Position numbers and translations under genes: made by a program. From Anaerolineales bacterium (GTDB lineage: Bacteria > Chloroflexota > Anaerolineae > Anaerolineales > UBA11579), in the NCBI GenBank assembly GCA_040882365.1, contig JBBEBI010000028.1:34511-98510 (forward strand): a stretch of DNA of 64,000 bases. Reading direction: 5' to 3'. This document shows positions 59,451-64,000 of the stretch, piece after piece (positions within the stretch are counted from its first letter, which is position 1; each line of letters opens with the position of its first letter). A model generated the notes under the pieces. The model worked only from the letters and a program-made list of their open reading frames with translations, made no database searches and had not been told where the DNA came from.

Positions 59451-60260
59451 ATGAATGGACGAGTAATTACTGTAACATCGGGTAAGGGTGGCGTGGGCAA
59501 GACGACTGCCACCGCCAATATCGGGGCGGCCTTGGCCTCAATCGGCAAGAAGGTCGTTTGCCTCGACGCCGACATCGGCTTGCGCAATCTAGATGTGGTC
59601 ATGGGCCTGGAAAACCGCATCGTTTACGACATCGTGGATGTCGTGGAGGGGCGCTGCAAGTTGCGCCAAGCCATGATCCGCGATAAGCGGTTGGAGGAAT
59701 TGCATCTGATCCCTGCCGCGCAGACGCGCGACAAGAACGCTATTTCCCCCAAGGATATGCAGCGGGTCTGCGATGAACTGCGCAAGGACTTCGACTTCAT
59801 CTTGATCGATTCGCCGGCCGGCATCGAACGCGGCTTCAAGAACGCCATTGCCCCCGCCGACGAGATCATCATCATCACCAACCCGGAGGTCTCGGCAGTG
59901 CGAGATGCCGACCGCATCATTGGCATCGTGGAGGCCGAGCAAAAGGGCCCGCCCAAGCTGGTGATCAATCGCATCAATTCCGATCTCGTGGAACGCGGCG
60001 ATATGTTAGCGGTGGCCGACGTACTCGAACTACTGGCCGTTGACCTGATCGGCATCGTGCAGGAAGACCAGGCGGTCCTGGTGAGCACGAATCGGGGCAC
60101 GCCGATAGCGCTGGAGCCCAGGAGCAAGACCGGACAGGCCTTCCGCGACATCGCACGGCGTCTGGCCGGCGAGCAAGTGCCGTTTACGAGGGCCAATGGC
60201 GGCGGCTTCCTCGGAAGACTGTCCAAACTGATCCGCGCGGGAAGCAAGAAAGATGCGTAG
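59451..60260 (+). CDS. minD: MinD ATPase
   Basis: SGKGGVGKTT, DIGLRNLD, DSPAGIE, RDADR; C-terminal amphipathic helix. Confidence 0.97.
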   Translation: MNGRVITVTSGKGGVGKTTATANIGAALASIGKKVVCLDADIGLRNLDVVMGLENRIVYDIVDVVEGRCKLRQAMIRDKRLEELHLIPAAQTRDKNAISPKDMQRVCDELRKDFDFILIDSPAGIERGFKNAIAPADEIIIITNPEVSAVRDADRIIGIVEAEQKGPPKLVINRINSDLVERGDMLAVADVLELLAVDLIGIVQEDQAVLVSTNRGTPIALEPRSKTGQAFRDIARRLAGEQVPFTRANGGGFLGRLSKLIRAGSKKDA

Positions 60261-60522
60261 CTTAGCTGGATTATTACACCGCAGAGGAAGCGCAAGCACT
60301 GCAAAAGAGCGCCTGCGTCTGGTGCTGATCCATGATCGCAGCACCTTGCCGCCAGGTGCGATGGAGGCCTTGCGGGACGAACTCATCGAGGTCATCTCGC
60401 GCCATGTGGAAGTGGACCGAGGCGCTGTGCGCCTGGAGATCGCCCAGGAAGGGCGCACCCAGCGTCTAATTGCCGAGATTCCTCTGAAAAAGAGGAACAC
60501 CCCTCTATCCGACGATTTCTAA
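60253..60522 (+). CDS. minE: MinE
   Basis: AKERLRLVLIHDR, ELIEVISRHV. Confidence 0.93.
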   Translation: MRSLAGLLHRRGSASTAKERLRLVLIHDRSTLPPGAMEALRDELIEVISRHVEVDRGAVRLEIAQEGRTQRLIAEIPLKKRNTPLSDDF

Positions 60523-60553
60523 GTCATAATATTCACCGGTCTGAGGAAAGCCT

Positions 60554-61660
60554 TTGAGAACAGCTATTTGGCGTTATTTTGACTTCTGGCTGCTAGGAGC
60601 AGTGGCCGTCCTGCTTACGTTCGGGTTGGCTATGATCAGCTCGGCTATCGCCGGCAACCAGGAGCTGGTTGAATTGGACATCCTCGGCCGCCAGATTACC
60701 TACGCGCTGGTCGGAGTGGTGATCGTCCTTATCGCCGCATCGGTGGATTACCGCATGTGGATCGCGGTGAGCCGCGTTCTTTATGTCCTGCTGGCCGTTC
60801 TGCTCTTCATTGTGTTCTTGATCGGAGAGGCCAGCTTCGGGGCCGCCCGTTGGCTGAACGTCGGCCTACTGATATTCCAGCCATCCGAGCTAGCCAAGAT
60901 TACTATGATCATCATTCTGGCGGACTACTTTGCGCGCCACCGGGAAGGGGACAAAGACTTGAGGTGGATCGCCCGCAGCGTGGTGCTCACATTGGGCCTG
61001 GTAATCCTCATTCTTTTGCAGCCCAACCTCAGCACTTCTATTGTGCTGATGACCGTGTGGTTTGCGCTGCTATGGGCTAGCGGACTGGAAATAAAACATT
61101 TGGCGCTGTTCATCCTGGCGCTCCTGGTGGTGGGTATCGCCGCCTTCCCGTTTCTGGAACTATACCAGCAGCAGCGCATCGTCAATTTCCTGGCGCCTGA
61201 CCCGGAAGCTGCCCTCGATGAGAATTACAATGTCACGCAATCGCTTATCAGCATTGGGTCGGGTGGATTGCTGGGCCAGGGGTATGGGCAAAGTTCCCAG
61301 GTGCAACTGCGCTTCCTGAAAGTGCGGCACAACGATTTCATATTCTCCGCTATATCCGCAGAGTTCGGTTTGCTGGGCGGTCTGGCCGTTCTCGGTTTGC
61401 TCTTTTTCATCATCTGGCGCTGCGTGCGGGCCGCGCAACTCTCCCAGGATACCTTCGGTTCGCTGATCGCTTACGGAGTGGCGGTGATCATTGCCCTGCA
61501 CACCATTGTGAACGTGGGCATGAATATCCAGCTGCTGCCGGTCACCGGCCTGCCGCTGCCATTCATTAGCGCCGGCGGCTCCTCGCTACTCACCTTCATG
61601 TTCAGTATAGGGCTAGTGGAAAGCGTGGTGGCCCGCCACCGAGCGCTGAATTTCTCGTAA
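60554..61660 (+). CDS. rodA: SEDS peptidoglycan polymerase RodA
   Basis: GAARW, QPSELAK, QPNL, IGSGG, DFIFS, PVTGLPLPFISAGGSS. Confidence 0.93.
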   Translation: MRTAIWRYFDFWLLGAVAVLLTFGLAMISSAIAGNQELVELDILGRQITYALVGVVIVLIAASVDYRMWIAVSRVLYVLLAVLLFIVFLIGEASFGAARWLNVGLLIFQPSELAKITMIIILADYFARHREGDKDLRWIARSVVLTLGLVILILLQPNLSTSIVLMTVWFALLWASGLEIKHLALFILALLVVGIAAFPFLELYQQQRIVNFLAPDPEAALDENYNVTQSLISIGSGGLLGQGYGQSSQVQLRFLKVRHNDFIFSAISAEFGLLGGLAVLGLLFFIIWRCVRAAQLSQDTFGSLIAYGVAVIIALHTIVNVGMNIQLLPVTGLPLPFISAGGSSLLTFMFSIGLVESVVARHRALNFS

Positions 61661-61669
61661 AATTAGCCA

Positions 61670-63190
61670 ATGCCTAAAAACGGTAACTCTGTTGCACCCG
61701 CGCGGGTGCGCTTCTCCCCATCCCCTACCGGCCTAACCCATCTGGGCAGCGCCCGCACGGCGCTATATAACTATCTATTCGCACGCAAGACTGGCGGGGT
61801 TTTCCTACTGCGTGTCGAAGACACCGATCAGAAACGTTACGACCCCGCTGCGGAGCAAGATCTGATTTCAAGCCTCAAATGGATCGGTCTGTCCTGGGAT
61901 GAGGGTCCGGACGTGGGCGGGCCTCATAAGCCCTATTACCAATCCCAACGAAAAGAGATTTATCGCAAGCACGCTGAAGGGCTCATCAAGAAAGGCAAGG
62001 CATATTATTGCTTCTGCTCCTCCGAGGAATTAAAGGTAGTGCGTGAAGCGCAGCAGAAACGCCACGAGCAACCCCATTATTCAGGCAAGTGCCGCAACAT
62101 ACCTGTCGAAGTGGCCGAGCAGCGGGTGCAAGCTGGCGAAAGCCATGTGGTTCGATTTAAAACCCCCAAGAAGGGCAGCATTACTGCGCTCGACCTGCTG
62201 CGGGGCGAGATCACTGTTGAAAACAGCAAGGTAGACGACATGGTGCTGCTCAAGTCCGATGGGCATGCGGTCTACCACTTGGCCACCATGGTGGACGACC
62301 ACCTCATGCAAATCACGCATGTCTTCCGCGGTGAAGAATGGCTGCCCAGTCTGCCCTTACACGCCCACATCTACGAGGCTTTTGGCTGGCAGCAGCCGGT
62401 GTGGGTGCACCTTTCGGTCTTCCTCAAACCCAGCGGTAAGGGGAAGATGAGCAAGCGAGACACGGCGGAGGCCCGCCTGACAGGGAAATCTATCTTCATG
62501 AAAGACCTGGCTGATATGGGGTACCTGCCTGAAGGCGTAACCAATTGGATCGCCCTGATGGGTTGGAGCTACGACGACCACACTGAATTTTTCACGATGA
62601 AGGACCTCATCGAGAAGTTCGAACTGGCGAAACTTAATCCTTCGCCCGCCTCTATCGATTTCAAGAAGCTCGATCATTTCAACGGCTTGCATATCCGCGC
62701 CCTGCCCCAAAAGGAGCTGGCCAAGCGGTTGGTGCCATATTTCCAAAAGGCAGGCTATCACGTCGCCGCGGGCCAACTTGCGCCTATCGTTCCCATTATC
62801 CAGACGCGCATGACGACGTTGGATGAGGGCCCACAGCTGGCGGGTTTCTTCTTCAAGGAGGAGGTCAAGCCACCACCCGAGATGCTGGTCGGAAAAGGCA
62901 TGACGGCTGCCGATTCTGCTGGCGCCCTCATAAAGGCACTGGGGATCATCGAGGTGCTGCCCGAATTCAATGCCGCCAGCGCCGAAGAACCCATGCGTGC
63001 CGTGGCCGACGAACTTAGCCTAAAGGCGGGCCAGCTCTTCGGCATCCTGCGCAACGCCGTTACCGGCCAGGAAGTGAGCCCGCCGCTGTTCGAAAGCATG
63101 GAGATCGTCGGGCGCGACACCGTTATCGCCCGCTTGCAGGAGGCAATTGCGGCGCTGGAAACAATGGGGGAAGGCAGGAAGGCAGCTTAA
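61670..63190 (+). CDS. gltX: Glutamate--tRNA ligase
   Basis: RFSPSPTG..HLG, LRVEDTD, THVFRGEEW, KMSKR. Confidence 0.96.
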   Translation: MPKNGNSVAPARVRFSPSPTGLTHLGSARTALYNYLFARKTGGVFLLRVEDTDQKRYDPAAEQDLISSLKWIGLSWDEGPDVGGPHKPYYQSQRKEIYRKHAEGLIKKGKAYYCFCSSEELKVVREAQQKRHEQPHYSGKCRNIPVEVAEQRVQAGESHVVRFKTPKKGSITALDLLRGEITVENSKVDDMVLLKSDGHAVYHLATMVDDHLMQITHVFRGEEWLPSLPLHAHIYEAFGWQQPVWVHLSVFLKPSGKGKMSKRDTAEARLTGKSIFMKDLADMGYLPEGVTNWIALMGWSYDDHTEFFTMKDLIEKFELAKLNPSPASIDFKKLDHFNGLHIRALPQKELAKRLVPYFQKAGYHVAAGQLAPIVPIIQTRMTTLDEGPQLAGFFFKEEVKPPPEMLVGKGMTAADSAGALIKALGIIEVLPEFNAASAEEPMRAVADELSLKAGQLFGILRNAVTGQEVSPPLFESMEIVGRDTVIARLQEAIAALETMGEGRKAA

Positions 63191-63272
63191 AGTAATAGCA
63201 GTGGAGGTTATAGGCAGAATCCAAGACCCTCCCTTCTCCGCTTTTCTCTGACAACTCTAGCGAGTAAAAGAT

Positions 63273-63294
63273 CAGGGCTACGCGCGTAGCCCTG
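63273..63294. repeat. Perfect 22-bp palindrome between convergent genes (possible terminator)
   Basis: CAGGGCTACGC-GCGTAGCCCTG. Confidence 0.55.
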
Positions 63295-63327
63295 TTAGGT
63301 TTTTCAGGCCTTATTTCTGCTCAATTG

Positions 63328-64000
63328 TTACGACAGGCCGATCACCCTTCCTGTTTCCACATCCAAGTCGATGTCGAAAAACACCGGCCGCGTGGAGAGC
63401 CCCGGCATCGTGGAGATTTCTCCCGCTAATGGATACAGGAAGCCGGCGCCCATAGCTGCCCGCAAGTCCCGTACCGGGACTCGAAAACCCTTGGGCACTC
63501 CTTTAAGCGTTGGATCGTGGCTGATGCTGAGATGGGTCTTGGCCATGCAGATCGGAAGATTGCCAAAGCCCAGGCGCGTGTAATGTTCGATCTTTTTTTC
63601 TGCTTCCTCCGAGAAATCGACCCCATCGGCTCCGTAAATCTTCTTGCAGATGCGCTCAATCTTTTCTTTGATCGGCAGGTCGAGCGGGTAGGTGAACTGG
63701 AATTCCTTCGGCTGTTCGGCCACCCTGACGATCTCCTCTGCCAGAGCAACGGCCCCCGCGCCACCTTCGGCCCAATGGCTGGAAACAGCCGCCCCCGCCG
63801 CGCCTGCATCCAGAGCGGCCTGACGGATCATGCCCAGTTCGGCTTCAGTGTCTGTCGGGAATTGGTTCACCGCCACCACCACGGGTACGCCAAAGCCGAC
63901 CGCGATGCCGATGTTGTGCCGCAGGTTAGGCAATCCCGCCTTCAACAGGTCGAGGTTTTCCTCAGTGTACGCCGCATCCAGCGGTTTGCCGGCCACAACC
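63328..64000 (-). CDS. fhs: Formate--tetrahydrofolate ligase, C-terminal part (5' end outside the window)
   Basis: NQFPTDT, WAEGGAGA, PICMAKTHLS, AGF, TMPGL. Confidence 0.95.
   Translation of the reverse strand, partial: VVAGKPLDAAYTEENLDLLKAGLPNLRHNIGIAVGFGVPVVVAVNQFPTDTEAELGMIRQAALDAGAAGAAVSSHWAEGGAGAVALAEEIVRVAEQPKEFQFTYPLDLPIKEKIERICKKIYGADGVDFSEEAEKKIEHYTRLGFGNLPICMAKTHLSISHDPTLKGVPKGFRVPVRDLRAAMGAGFLYPLAGEISTMPGLSTRPVFFDIDLDVETGRVIGLS

Overview
A GC-rich bacterial chromosome segment. Gene content and order (mreBCD-mrdA-minCDE-rodA-gltX, T-box serS, glmS ribozyme, lipoproteins with Thr/Pro-rich linkers) suggest a monoderm, most plausibly Chloroflexota/Anaerolineae; this is inference, not a database result. 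Most of it is housekeeping: tal, tkt, serS, lysS, greA, udk, pyk, a 2-oxoacid:ferredoxin oxidoreductase, glmS, cell shape and division genes, gltX, partial fhs, and three tRNAs (Val-CAC, Thr-CGT, Gly-CCC). Notable items: (1) a SufR-like regulator divergent from an iscX-nuoB-nuoCD-nuoI-Cys4 protein cluster, followed by mrp and a PSP1/RicT gene, i.e. only the soluble quinone module of complex I, packaged with Fe-S maturation factors; (2) a glmS ribozyme with a two-hairpin insertion in its catalytic core; (3) an AT-rich DNA methyltransferase plus caspase-like protease pair between tkt and tal; (4) an IS1595 element with a passenger gene, inserted into an FGE-domain lipoprotein gene; (5) a greA leader terminator, a decayed tandem tRNA-Gly copy, many apparently leaderless genes, and frameshifts confined to accessory genes.
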